The translations under genes and the position numbers were made by a program. DNA of 64,000 bases from Candidatus Kaiserbacteria bacterium (GTDB lineage Bacteria; Patescibacteriota; Minisyncoccia; Phycocordibacterales; Phycocordibacteraceae): contig JACRFL010000001.1 of the NCBI GenBank assembly GCA_016217905.1, forward strand, positions 18,287 to 82,286, written 5' to 3'. Position 1 is the first letter of the stretch. Each line of letters opens with the position of its first letter. The notes below the pieces were generated by a model, which was not told the DNA's origin, ran no database searches, and saw only the letters and a list, made by a program, of their open reading frames with translations. This document shows, one piece after another, positions 28,045 through 37,456 of the stretch.

Positions 28045-29004
28045 ATGACTGACGCGAAACCTGTCCTCATCTCCGGCGTGAAGCCGACCGGCGACCTGCA
28101 TATCGGCAACTACTTCGGCGCGATGCGTCAGCTGGTCGAACTCTCAAGGGGAGGGAAGTATCGCCCTTTCATCTTCGTCGCCGACTACCACGCGCTCAAC
28201 TCGATGCAGGATGCGCAGGAGATGCGGCGGCGCACGCGCGAACTCGTAACGGCGTACATATCCGTCGGCCTCGACCCGAAAGAAGTCGTTCTTTTCAAAC
28301 AATCGGATGTACCGGCGCACACCGAGCTCGCGTGGATATTCGACACCATCACCACGATGCCGTACCTGATGCGTGCGCACGCCTTCAAAGATGCCGAAGC
28401 AAAGAACAAGGAGATCAGCGTCGGCACGTTTAACTATCCGATGCTCATGGCGGCCGATATTCTCCTCTACGACGCCGCCGTGGTACCGGTCGGCGCTGAC
28501 CAGAAGCAGCATATCGAGATCGCTCGCGACACGGCAGAGAAGTTTAACCGTATTTTCAAGACGGACATTTTCAAGCTGCCCGAGTCATTCATCATGCCCG
28601 AGGTTGCGGTCGTCCCCGGCACCGACGGAGCGAAGATGAGCAAGAGTTACGGCAACGTCATCCCGCTCTTCGCGCCGCGCGACGAGCTCGCGAAAGCGGT
28701 GATGAGCATTGTTACCGACTCCAGCGGAGAGCGGCCCGAAAATGTCTACCAGATACACAGATTAGTGCGCAGTACGCAGGAGCTGGAGCAGGTCTATGCG
28801 GAACACAAAGGCAACTATAAAATGCTAAAGGAAATGCTCATCGAAGATCTCAACCGCTACCTCGCGCCCATGCGGGCGAAATATGAAGAGCTTGCAAGTG
28901 ATTTGGGAATCGTCGACGAAGTACTCGCGAGAGGGAAGCGAGAAGCTCGCGCGATAAGCGAGGAGAAGATGGAGCAGGTGCGCCGCGCGATCGGCGTGGC
29001 ATAA
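28045..29004 (+). CDS. trpS: Tryptophan--tRNA ligase
   Basis: SG.KPTG.LHIGNY.GA, YPMLMAADIL, VPVG.DQ.QH, KMSKS. Confidence 0.97.
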   Translation: MTDAKPVLISGVKPTGDLHIGNYFGAMRQLVELSRGGKYRPFIFVADYHALNSMQDAQEMRRRTRELVTAYISVGLDPKEVVLFKQSDVPAHTELAWIFDTITTMPYLMRAHAFKDAEAKNKEISVGTFNYPMLMAADILLYDAAVVPVGADQKQHIEIARDTAEKFNRIFKTDIFKLPESFIMPEVAVVPGTDGAKMSKSYGNVIPLFAPRDELAKAVMSIVTDSSGERPENVYQIHRLVRSTQELEQVYAEHKGNYKMLKEMLIEDLNRYLAPMRAKYEELASDLGIVDEVLARGKREARAISEEKMEQVRRAIGVA

Positions 29005-29012
29005 TAAATTTT

Positions 29013-30401
29013 ATGGAACGGACGCTCATCGGAGAGCTCGAGAAACACGTCGGTAAAACAGTCTCGATATCGGGCTGGGTGGATGTCCGCCGCGACCAAG
29101 GAAAGATGGTCTTTTTTGATTTCCGCGACCGCTCCGGCAAGGTGCAGGGCGTCGTGCTCCCTGCGAGTCCCGCGATGGAAATTGCGAAGGACATCAGGAA
29201 CGAATACGTTGTCCGCGTGGAGGGCGTGGTGAACAAGCGTCCGGAGAAAAACGTGCAAGCCGATCGGCAAAACGGCGATATCGAACTTGAAGTCGCTGCG
29301 ATCGAAGTTTTGAACCCGTCAGACGCAATGCCGTTCGATATTTCTGGCGACACGAGCGGCATCGACGAGTCTGTGCGCGCCGAGTACCGTTACCTTGATC
29401 TGCGTTCAAAGCGAATGCAGAAGAACATGCGCGTGCGGAGCGAATTCATCCGCCGCTGTCGCGAATACCTTTTCGCGCACGATTTTACCGAGATAGAGAC
29501 GCCGCTCCTCACCGAATCGACGCCCGAGGGCTCGCGCGACTTCGTCGTGCCCTCGCGCCTTAATCCTGGCAAGTTTTATGCGCTCCCGCAATCGCCACAA
29601 CAATATAAACAGCTCTTGATGACCGCCGGCTTCGAGCGGTACTTTCAGATAGCTCGTGCGGTGCGCGACGAAGATTTGCGCGCAGACCGCGGGTTCGAGC
29701 ACACACAGGTTGATATCGAGATGTCATTTGTCACGATGGAGAACGTGATGGCGGCCGTCGAAGACATGGTGACGACCGTCGTCGAGGCGATGGGGCACAC
29801 GATCAAAGAGAAGCCGTTCCCGCGCATCTCCTACAAAGACGCGATGGAGAAATACGGCGCCGACAAGTTCGACCTGCGCACTGACGAAGATAAAGAAAAA
29901 GGCATTCTTGCGTACGCTTGGGTCGTGAATTTCCCATTTTTTGAAAAGACGGAGGAAGGCGGGTGGACGTTTACGCATAATCCGTTTTCGATGCCGATCC
30001 CCGAGCATCTTGACTGGCTCATGAAGGGCGAGCGCATCGGCGAGATACTCACGACGCAGTACGATCTCGTCTGCAACGGCTTCGAGTCGGGCGGCGGCTC
30101 CATCCGCGCACACAAGCCGGAGATACTCGAGGCGGTGTACAGGGTCATGGGATTCTCGGCCGAAGAGCTTGAAGACCGCATCGGACACATGCTGAAAGCA
30201 TTTCGCTACGGCACGCCGCCGCACGGCGGCATCGCGCTCGGCGTCGAGCGCAACCTCATGAATCTCACTGGCGAGACGATGCTCCGCGAGGTGCAAGCAT
30301 TCCCGATGACGCGCGGCGGGCAGACGGCCGTGAAGAAAGCACCGAAACCCCTTTCTCCGAAACAGCTCCAAGAACTCGGTCTCAAGATTGATGGGAAATA
30401 A
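29013..30401 (+). CDS. aspS: Aspartate--tRNA ligase (short, no GAD insertion)
   Basis: OB-fold GWV..RRD.G, YRYLDLR, STPEGSRDF, YALPQSPQQYKQLLM, PPHGGIALG. Confidence 0.93.
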   Translation: MERTLIGELEKHVGKTVSISGWVDVRRDQGKMVFFDFRDRSGKVQGVVLPASPAMEIAKDIRNEYVVRVEGVVNKRPEKNVQADRQNGDIELEVAAIEVLNPSDAMPFDISGDTSGIDESVRAEYRYLDLRSKRMQKNMRVRSEFIRRCREYLFAHDFTEIETPLLTESTPEGSRDFVVPSRLNPGKFYALPQSPQQYKQLLMTAGFERYFQIARAVRDEDLRADRGFEHTQVDIEMSFVTMENVMAAVEDMVTTVVEAMGHTIKEKPFPRISYKDAMEKYGADKFDLRTDEDKEKGILAYAWVVNFPFFEKTEEGGWTFTHNPFSMPIPEHLDWLMKGERIGEILTTQYDLVCNGFESGGGSIRAHKPEILEAVYRVMGFSAEELEDRIGHMLKAFRYGTPPHGGIALGVERNLMNLTGETMLREVQAFPMTRGGQTAVKKAPKPLSPKQLQELGLKIDGK

Positions 30402-30405
30402 TCCG

Positions 30406-31830
30406 ATGAAGATCATTTCGAAACAAGGAACTCTCGAGAACGCCCCGAAGGAGTGTGTCCGCATCAGCTTTACCGAAAAACCCAAAGAGACGAAGCGTCT
30501 CGTGAGGGAACGGAGCGCAGAAACGCTCGAGCTTGGCGTGGGGAAATTTGCAGAATTGAACCGACGAAAGTTTATGATCCTCTGTCGCTCAATAATCCAA
30601 GCTGCGAAGGCGAACAAATGCAAGAAAATCGCGCTCCAGTTCAACCATACTCCCGGGTTGTTCAGGAACCTTAAGGGGAGCACGCGCGAAGAGCTCGCTC
30701 AGCTCACGGCGGAAAATTTCGAGATGGCGAACTTCGATTTCACTATGTTCAAAACGAAGCCGAAAGAAGGTTTCGATGCCGTTGAAGAAATATATGTATA
30801 CGGGAAATCTTCGCCCTCAATTGAAAAAGCCGTGCAGAAAGGTCAGGAGATCGGTCGAGCGGTGAACGCGTGTCGCACGCTCGCGAATACGCCCGGAGGC
30901 GACATGACGCCGACCGTGCTCGCGAGGGCCGCGAAAGACGCGATGAAAGGCCTGCCGGTTAAGGTGACCACGCTTGGCGCCAAAGATATGAAGAAACTCG
31001 GTATGGGCGCGCTCCTGGGTGTCGCGAAGGGTTCGACCGAGGCGCCGACCTTCACTGTTCTCGAATACAAGGGCGGCAAAAGCGCTCCCATCGTGCTCGC
31101 GGGGAAGGGGGTCACCTTTGACAGCGGCGGGTTGAATTTGAAGCCCTCGAACAGCATTTATGAAATGCATATGGATATGTCGGGGGCGGCGGCGGTCATC
31201 CACGCCGTCGCGCTTGCCGCGCGCTTGAAACTCAAGCAATCGGTCGTTGGCCTCATTCCCGCAGTCGAAAATATGCCCGGCAATAATGCGGTTCGACCCG
31301 GCGATATCCTGAAATCTCTCTCCGGGAAGACAATCGAGGTGCTCGATACCGATGCAGAGGGCCGGCTCATCCTCGCGGACGCGCTCACGTACGCAAAACG
31401 CTTCAAGCCCTCGGTCGTCATCGATGTCGCGACGCTGACCGGTGCGGCGATCTCTGCGCTCGGTCTCCACGCGAGCGCCGTTCTCACGCGCGATGACGTG
31501 CTCGCCGAAAAAATCTCAGAGAGCGGAGAAGCGTCCGGCGATTATGTCTGGCGACTGCCGCTCTGGGACGAATACGAGGAACGGGTGAAAGGCACCTTTG
31601 CCGACTTGAAGAACGTGCCGGGCGGGAGCACAAGTCGCTATGGAGGTACGATTGACGGGGGAATGTTCCTCTGGCAATTTGCCAAGGAGCTCGACTGCCC
31701 GTGGGCGCATCTCGACATAGCTCCAAGAATGACCGCTGCTAAAGGGGATGAACTTGCCGAGGGAGCGGCCGGAGAGCCGGTGCGGCTGTTGATACACTTT
31801 ATAGAACATGCCCTTTACCATAAAAACTGA
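30406..31830 (+). CDS. pepA: Leucyl aminopeptidase (M17)
   Basis: GKGVTFDSGG, DMSGAA, DTDAEGRLILADAL, ATLTGA, HLDIA. Confidence 0.93.
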   Translation: MKIISKQGTLENAPKECVRISFTEKPKETKRLVRERSAETLELGVGKFAELNRRKFMILCRSIIQAAKANKCKKIALQFNHTPGLFRNLKGSTREELAQLTAENFEMANFDFTMFKTKPKEGFDAVEEIYVYGKSSPSIEKAVQKGQEIGRAVNACRTLANTPGGDMTPTVLARAAKDAMKGLPVKVTTLGAKDMKKLGMGALLGVAKGSTEAPTFTVLEYKGGKSAPIVLAGKGVTFDSGGLNLKPSNSIYEMHMDMSGAAAVIHAVALAARLKLKQSVVGLIPAVENMPGNNAVRPGDILKSLSGKTIEVLDTDAEGRLILADALTYAKRFKPSVVIDVATLTGAAISALGLHASAVLTRDDVLAEKISESGEASGDYVWRLPLWDEYEERVKGTFADLKNVPGGSTSRYGGTIDGGMFLWQFAKELDCPWAHLDIAPRMTAAKGDELAEGAAGEPVRLLIHFIEHALYHKN

Positions 31831-32530
31831 TTCGTACGAAGGACCATTTGAGATATTGCTCGACCTCATCGAGGCACGCAAGCTCTTGGTGAACGATCTC
31901 GCGCTCTCGAGCATCACCGAAGACTTTATCGCGCATGTGCGCTCGCAGGAGACATTCCCGGTCGAAGAGACCGCGAGCTTCATTCAGATCGCGGCGACGC
32001 TCCTTCTCATCAAATCGAAGTCGCTTATCCCCGATCTCGCGCTCTCCGAAGAGGAGAATGCGGATGTCGAAGACTTGAAGCGTCGTCTCGAGGCCTATGA
32101 GAGGGTGCGCGAGGCCGCGCGCGAGCTCGCGTGCATCTACGGACGCTCCGTCATGGCACGCGCCGGCGAAAGGCCGCTTGAGGTCGTCTTCGCGCCGTCC
32201 CGTGACCTCTCGGCGAATGCGCTTGCAGAAGCTCTCGCACGGGTGCTCGCCGCGCGCGAGACGGTCGAGGAATTGCCGGAGGCGCGCGTGAAGCCGCTCG
32301 TTACCATCGAGGAAATGATGGACCGGCTTGCAAAGCGCGTGCAGAGCGCGATGACCATTTCCTTTAAGGATTTCGCCGGCAGCGCGAAGGAGAAGATCGA
32401 AATCATCGTCTCCTTCCTTGCGCTGCTTGAGCTCGTGCGGCAGGGCGCCGTCGCCGCCGAGCAGTACGAGGCGCACGGCGATATCCGCATCCGCCACGCC
32501 GCCGCTACCGCTGTCCCGCGATACGGTTAA
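31808..32530 (+). CDS. scpA: Segregation and condensation protein A
   Basis: YEGPFEILL.LI, AATLLLIKSKSL.P, IVSFLALLEL. Confidence 0.92.
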   Translation: MPFTIKTDSYEGPFEILLDLIEARKLLVNDLALSSITEDFIAHVRSQETFPVEETASFIQIAATLLLIKSKSLIPDLALSEEENADVEDLKRRLEAYERVREAARELACIYGRSVMARAGERPLEVVFAPSRDLSANALAEALARVLAARETVEELPEARVKPLVTIEEMMDRLAKRVQSAMTISFKDFAGSAKEKIEIIVSFLALLELVRQGAVAAEQYEAHGDIRIRHAAATAVPRYG

Positions 32531-32584
32531 CATCCCCAAGAAAGATCGTTGCCCGGGAGGGGAAGCGCGATTATACTGACAGGA

Positions 32585-33139
32585 ATGCTTACCCCGCCCG
32601 CCGCCCTCCATGCGCTCCTCTTCGCCTCCGGCGAGTCCCTTCAAAAAAAACGCATCGCAGCCCTTCTTGGGATGAAAGACGCCGAACTCGCGGCCGTCCT
32701 TTGCGCGCTTACTCGCGCGCTCGAAGGAAGCGGGGTCGCACTCATTGAGACGGATACCGAGGCGGAGCTGCGCAGCGTCCCCGAGGCGGCGGATCTCGTG
32801 AAGAAGCTGCGCGAGAGCGAGCTCGCGCGCGATCTTGGCAAAGCCAGTCTCGAGACGCTTGCGGTCGTCGCGTATCGGGCGGGAACGACGCGCGGCGAGA
32901 TCGACTGGGTGCGCGGCGTCAATTCCTCCGCCTCGCTTCGGACGCTTCTTTTGCGCGGCCTCGTCGAGGGGAGGGAAGACCCCCGCGACAAGCGCCGCAC
33001 CCGCTACGGTCTTACGACGGAGGCTCTCGCGCATTTGGGCATCGCCCGCGCGGAGGATCTTCCGCGGGCGAAGGAACTTCGTGCGGGCGCCGACGCGGCA
33101 GTGAAGGAAGAGGAAATGGCGGCGCAAGCCCCGGAGTAG
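32585..33139 (+). CDS. scpB: Segregation and condensation protein B
   Basis: ALLFASGE, ASLETLAVVAY...TRGEID.VRGVNS; follows scpA. Confidence 0.92.
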   Translation: MLTPPAALHALLFASGESLQKKRIAALLGMKDAELAAVLCALTRALEGSGVALIETDTEAELRSVPEAADLVKKLRESELARDLGKASLETLAVVAYRAGTTRGEIDWVRGVNSSASLRTLLLRGLVEGREDPRDKRRTRYGLTTEALAHLGIARAEDLPRAKELRAGADAAVKEEEMAAQAPE

Positions 33140-33152
33140 CGCGGAATATTCT

Positions 33153-34097
33153 ATGGATTCATACGAACTTCAGAAGCTCGCCCGGCACGCGCGCTCCGCG
33201 CGCGAAGCCGGCATGGCGCTTATCCTCGGCTCCGCTCTCCTCGCGGTCTTCCTTTTCGTTCCGCTCGGCGGCACGAAGGTACCGGCGCCCACCGCCGTCG
33301 CAACACCGACCGGACCGGACACGTTCGCGCAAATCCCGCTTCAGGCGAAAGCGGCTATTGTCTACGATCTCGACACGGGAGAAACGCTCTACGAGAAAAA
33401 CGCCGACGCGCAGCTCCCGCTCGCTTCGCTCACGAAGCTTCTCGCGGTGTACGCCGCGCTCGACGCGCTTCTCCCGGGTACGCCGGTCACCATCCGGGCG
33501 GGAGCGACGCAGCTTGAGGCGCCCCGGGCGTTCTCCGCAGGACAGACGTTTTCGTTTGTCGACCTTGCGCGCCTCACTCTCACCGCATCGTTGAACGACG
33601 GCGCGGCCGCCATCGTCGAAGCGGCCGCGGAGCGAGAAAATCGTTCCGGGACTGACATTCTCGCCGGCGCCGCCGCGGCGCTCTCCCTCTCGCAGACATA
33701 TGCGGTCAACGGGAGCGGTCTTGACGTGAGCACTGCGATCTCGGGAGGATATGGGAGCGCGCGCGACTTCGCCCGTCTCGCGGGAGCGCTCGTCAAGCGG
33801 GCGCCGATGATCGCGGAAGCGACCACGCAGCATTTCACCGAAGCCATTTCGACCGGCGGCACGCGTCTGAAGGTGAAGAACACGGATCCGATGGTCGACA
33901 CCATCCCGCGCCTTCTGCTCTCGAAGACCGGCTACACCGACCTGGCGGGCGGCAATCTCGCTCTCGTATTTGACAGCGGCATCGGGCACCCGATCGCCGT
34001 CGTCGTCCTCGGCTCTTCGGAGAAAGCCCGCTTCACGGACGGAACGGCGCTCGTCGCCGCCACGATCGCCCACTTCGCGGGTGTCGCTTCTCTCTAA
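33153..34097 (+). CDS. D-alanyl-D-alanine carboxypeptidase (S11 family)
   Basis: ASLTK (SxxK), SLN (SxN), KTGYT; N-terminal TM. Confidence 0.88.
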   Translation: MDSYELQKLARHARSAREAGMALILGSALLAVFLFVPLGGTKVPAPTAVATPTGPDTFAQIPLQAKAAIVYDLDTGETLYEKNADAQLPLASLTKLLAVYAALDALLPGTPVTIRAGATQLEAPRAFSAGQTFSFVDLARLTLTASLNDGAAAIVEAAAERENRSGTDILAGAAAALSLSQTYAVNGSGLDVSTAISGGYGSARDFARLAGALVKRAPMIAEATTQHFTEAISTGGTRLKVKNTDPMVDTIPRLLLSKTGYTDLAGGNLALVFDSGIGHPIAVVVLGSSEKARFTDGTALVAATIAHFAGVASL

Positions 34098-34103
34098 ATT
34101 TCC

Positions 34104-35180
34104 ATGCTCGCCTCGAACATCATCAAGATCTTTATCCCGGCGATGGCATCGTTTGCGGCCGGCATTCTTTTCGCCCCCTTTCTCACGCACTACTTATACA
34201 AATATCGCGTCTGGAAGAAGGTGGCGGGGAAGACGGCGCTCGACGGCTCGACGGCCGTCGAGTTCGAAAAGCTCCGCATCGGCGTTCATGCCGGCACCGA
34301 GACGAAAACTCCACGCATGGGCGGCATCCTCATCTGGACGAGCGTCACGTTCGTCACGCTCGGATTCTGGCTCCTCGCGCGCCTCGTGCCCATTCCGCTT
34401 TTCGAAAAACTCGATTTCTTGAGCCGCAGCCAGACGTGGATACCGCTCTTTACCTTACTTGCCGGCGCTTTTATGGGCTTCGTGAACGATGTGCTCGACA
34501 TCCTTCCCTCGGGCGAACGCGGCGTCCGGCTCTCGACTCGCCTCCTCTTCGTCACGCTCGTGTCGCTCTTCATCGGCTGGTGGTTCTACGCGAAGCTCGG
34601 CGTCGATGCGATCGGCATCCCGGGAGACGGCACGTTCACTCTCGGCGCACTCATTGTGCCTCTTTTCGTCCTCGTTACGCTCGGGCTCTACGCGGGCGGC
34701 GTCATCGATGGCGTCGACGGGCTCGCGGGCGGCGTCTTCAGCACCGCGTTCATGGCGTACGCGGGCATCGCGTACGTCCAGAACCAGATCAACCTCGCGG
34801 CCTTCTCCGCGACCTTGGCGGGAGCGATACTCGCGTTTCTTTGGTTCAACATCCCGCCGGCGCGCTTCTGGATGACCGAGACCGGCACGATGGGCCTCAC
34901 GATGACGCTCGCCGTCATCGCGTTTCTGACCGATACGCTCGGAAACGGATTCGGCGTCGCAGCGCTCCCCCTGATCGCATTCCCGCTCGTCATCACCGTT
35001 CTCTCAAACGTCATCCAGATTGCGTCGAAAAAACTGCGCGGGAAGAAGGTATTCAGGATCGCGCCGCTCCATCATCACTTCGAAGCGATCGGCTGGCCCT
35101 CCTACAAGGTCACGATGCGCTATTGGATCATCTCGATCGTCTTCGCCATCGTCGGCATGACCGTCGCGCTCATCAAATGA
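34104..35180 (+). CDS. mraY: Phospho-N-acetylmuramoyl-pentapeptide transferase
   Basis: KTPRMGG, DGVDGLA, FLWFN.PPA, APLHHHFE..GW. Confidence 0.95.
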   Translation: MLASNIIKIFIPAMASFAAGILFAPFLTHYLYKYRVWKKVAGKTALDGSTAVEFEKLRIGVHAGTETKTPRMGGILIWTSVTFVTLGFWLLARLVPIPLFEKLDFLSRSQTWIPLFTLLAGAFMGFVNDVLDILPSGERGVRLSTRLLFVTLVSLFIGWWFYAKLGVDAIGIPGDGTFTLGALIVPLFVLVTLGLYAGGVIDGVDGLAGGVFSTAFMAYAGIAYVQNQINLAAFSATLAGAILAFLWFNIPPARFWMTETGTMGLTMTLAVIAFLTDTLGNGFGVAALPLIAFPLVITVLSNVIQIASKKLRGKKVFRIAPLHHHFEAIGWPSYKVTMRYWIISIVFAIVGMTVALIK

Positions 35181-36298
35181 CCATGAAAACCGTCTCCGGC
35201 GACCGCATGTTCTTCATGCTCGCGCTTTCGCTCTCCCTCGCTGGCCTCGCGATTTACTCCTCGGCCGCGCTCGGCCTTCTCGCGCGGGAAACGAGCTCGG
35301 TGTCGCGGGACATCCTGTTCCAGGCAGGGTTCGGACTCGGGTTCGGGCTCCTGGCGCTTTCCGCCGCTCGCGCCGCGCCGCTTGCCTACGTGAAGCGCTT
35401 CGCGCCGCTTGTGTATGTCCTCGCGATCCTTCTCACCGCCCTCGTCTTCGTGCCCGGAATCGGATTCCATTCCGGCGGCGCGACGCGCTGGCTCGATCTC
35501 GGCTTCACGACCGTGCAGCCGGCGGAATTCCTAAAGATCGGCGTAGTACTCGCGCTCGCCCGGTGGCTTGCGCCGCGCGCCCGGAAGCTGGGGAGCGTGA
35601 AGACGGGCCTCATTCCTTTCGTCGCGATTCTTGCGGCGCCTTCCGCCCTTCTGATCGCCCAGCCGAACACGTCGACGACGATCCTTCTTCTTGCCGCGGG
35701 CGCGCTCATGTACTTCGCCGCGGGCGCTCCGTGGCGTGACTTCGGCATTCTTGCGCTCGCCGCCGTCCTCCTCTTCGCCGCCGTCCTCCTCCTGCGACCC
35801 TACACGCTCGAGCGCGCCAAGACGTTCCTCAATCCGTCGGAAAACGCCCTCGGGAGCGGGTATCAGATCCAGCAATCCCTTCTCGCCGTCGGGTCCGGCG
35901 GCCTCCTCGGCAGAGGATTTGGGCAGGGCGTCGAGAAGTTCAATTATCTGCCGGAGCCGTCCGGCGACTCGGTCTTCGCCGTCTTCGCCGAAGAAACCGG
36001 CTTCGTCGGCGCCGCGCTCCTTCTTTCGCTCTTCGTTGCACTCGCGGCTCGCGGCATCGTGATAGCGGGGGACTCGCGCGACCTCTTCGGCGGTCTCGTT
36101 GCCCTCGGCTTCTCGGTCATCATCATCCTGCAGACGTTCATCAACATATGCGCGATGATCGGTATTATCCCGCTTACCGGGCTCCCGCTTCCGTTCATCT
36201 CCCACGGAGGAACCGCTCTCCTCTCTGTCCTCCTCATGTGCGGTTTTATTTTGAACGTCGCCGCCCATCGGCGAACGCAGGCCGGCGCGGTATACTAG
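35177..36298 (+). CDS. ftsW: SEDS peptidoglycan glycosyltransferase FtsW
   Basis: GATRWL, QPAEFLK, GYQ..QS, YLPE...D, P.TG.PLPFIS.GGT; between mraY and murG. Confidence 0.9.
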   Translation: MTMKTVSGDRMFFMLALSLSLAGLAIYSSAALGLLARETSSVSRDILFQAGFGLGFGLLALSAARAAPLAYVKRFAPLVYVLAILLTALVFVPGIGFHSGGATRWLDLGFTTVQPAEFLKIGVVLALARWLAPRARKLGSVKTGLIPFVAILAAPSALLIAQPNTSTTILLLAAGALMYFAAGAPWRDFGILALAAVLLFAAVLLLRPYTLERAKTFLNPSENALGSGYQIQQSLLAVGSGGLLGRGFGQGVEKFNYLPEPSGDSVFAVFAEETGFVGAALLLSLFVALAARGIVIAGDSRDLFGGLVALGFSVIIILQTFINICAMIGIIPLTGLPLPFISHGGTALLSVLLMCGFILNVAAHRRTQAGAVY

Positions 36299-36305
36299 TA
36301 CGCGT

Positions 36306-37448
36306 ATGACCATCGCGTTTACGGGAGGGGGGACCGGGGGACATTTTTATCCGATAATCGCCATCGCCGAAGCGCTCTCTGACCTCGTCCGCGAGGAGCG
36401 CCTTATCGCGCCCTCCCTGTACTATTTCGCGCCGAACGCATTCGATGAAAAAGCGCTGTTTGAGAACGGCATCGCCTTCGTGCGCGTGCCGGCGGGGAAG
36501 ATGCGTCGCTACGCATCGCTCCGGAACGTCATCGATCTGTTTGCCACGCTTTTCGGAACGCTCGTAGCGTCCGAAAAGCTCTTCCGCCTGTACCCGGACG
36601 TCGTGGTGAGCAAGGGTGGGTACGGCAGCGTGCCGACCGTGCTCGCGGCGCGCATACTCCGCATCCCCGTCATCATCCATGAATCGGATGCCAAGCCGGG
36701 TCGCGCGAATCTTCTCGCCGCGAGGTTTGCCGAGAAGATCGCCATTTCGTTCGAGAGTGCCGCGCGCTATTTCCCGGACCGCGTTCAAAGCAAGATCGCC
36801 CGCACGGGCATCCCGATCCGCAAGGCTCTCATGCGCACCGAAGCCGAGGGCGCGACACAGTACCTCGGGCTCGAGCGAGACGTCCCGACCGTGCTCATCC
36901 TCGGCGGCTCGCAGGGCGCCGCGCGGATAAATGATGTCGTGCTCTCCGCTCTTCCGGACCTCGTCTCCTTCGCGAACGTCATCCACCAGACCGGCCCGGC
37001 TCATTTCAAGAATGTGGAGGCGGTCGCACGCGTCGTGCTTGAGAGGAGCCCGCACGCTTCCCGCTATCACCCCATCAACTACCTTTCCGAAATAGCCCTT
37101 CAGAGAGCGGCCGGTGCGGCGAACATCGTCGTTTCGCGCGCAGGCGCGAACTCCATCGCCGAAATCGGCCTCTGGAAGAAACCGGCGATTATCATCCCCA
37201 TTCCCGAAGCGATAAGCCACGATCAGCGCACCAACGCCTACGCCTACGCCCGCACGGGGGCGGCGATCGTCATTGAGGAAGAGAATCTTACTCCGCATCT
37301 TCTCGCCTCCGAGACCAGGCGCATCATCGACGATCTGGAGCTCGGGAAACGCATGGCGGCGGGAGCCGCGGGCTTCACCGACCCGGACGCCGCGCGCATA
37401 CTCGCCCGCCAAGTGCTCGCCATCGCGCTCTCCCACGAATCCGGTTAA
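36306..37448 (+). CDS. murG: MurG glycosyltransferase
   Basis: GGGTGGH.YP, KGGYGS.P, IHESD..PG.AN, GGSQGA, SRAGA, DQ..NA. Confidence 0.96.
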   Translation: MTIAFTGGGTGGHFYPIIAIAEALSDLVREERLIAPSLYYFAPNAFDEKALFENGIAFVRVPAGKMRRYASLRNVIDLFATLFGTLVASEKLFRLYPDVVVSKGGYGSVPTVLAARILRIPVIIHESDAKPGRANLLAARFAEKIAISFESAARYFPDRVQSKIARTGIPIRKALMRTEAEGATQYLGLERDVPTVLILGGSQGAARINDVVLSALPDLVSFANVIHQTGPAHFKNVEAVARVVLERSPHASRYHPINYLSEIALQRAAGAANIVVSRAGANSIAEIGLWKKPAIIIPIPEAISHDQRTNAYAYARTGAAIVIEEENLTPHLLASETRRIIDDLELGKRMAAGAAGFTDPDAARILARQVLAIALSHESG

Positions 37449-37456
37449 AGACTCTC

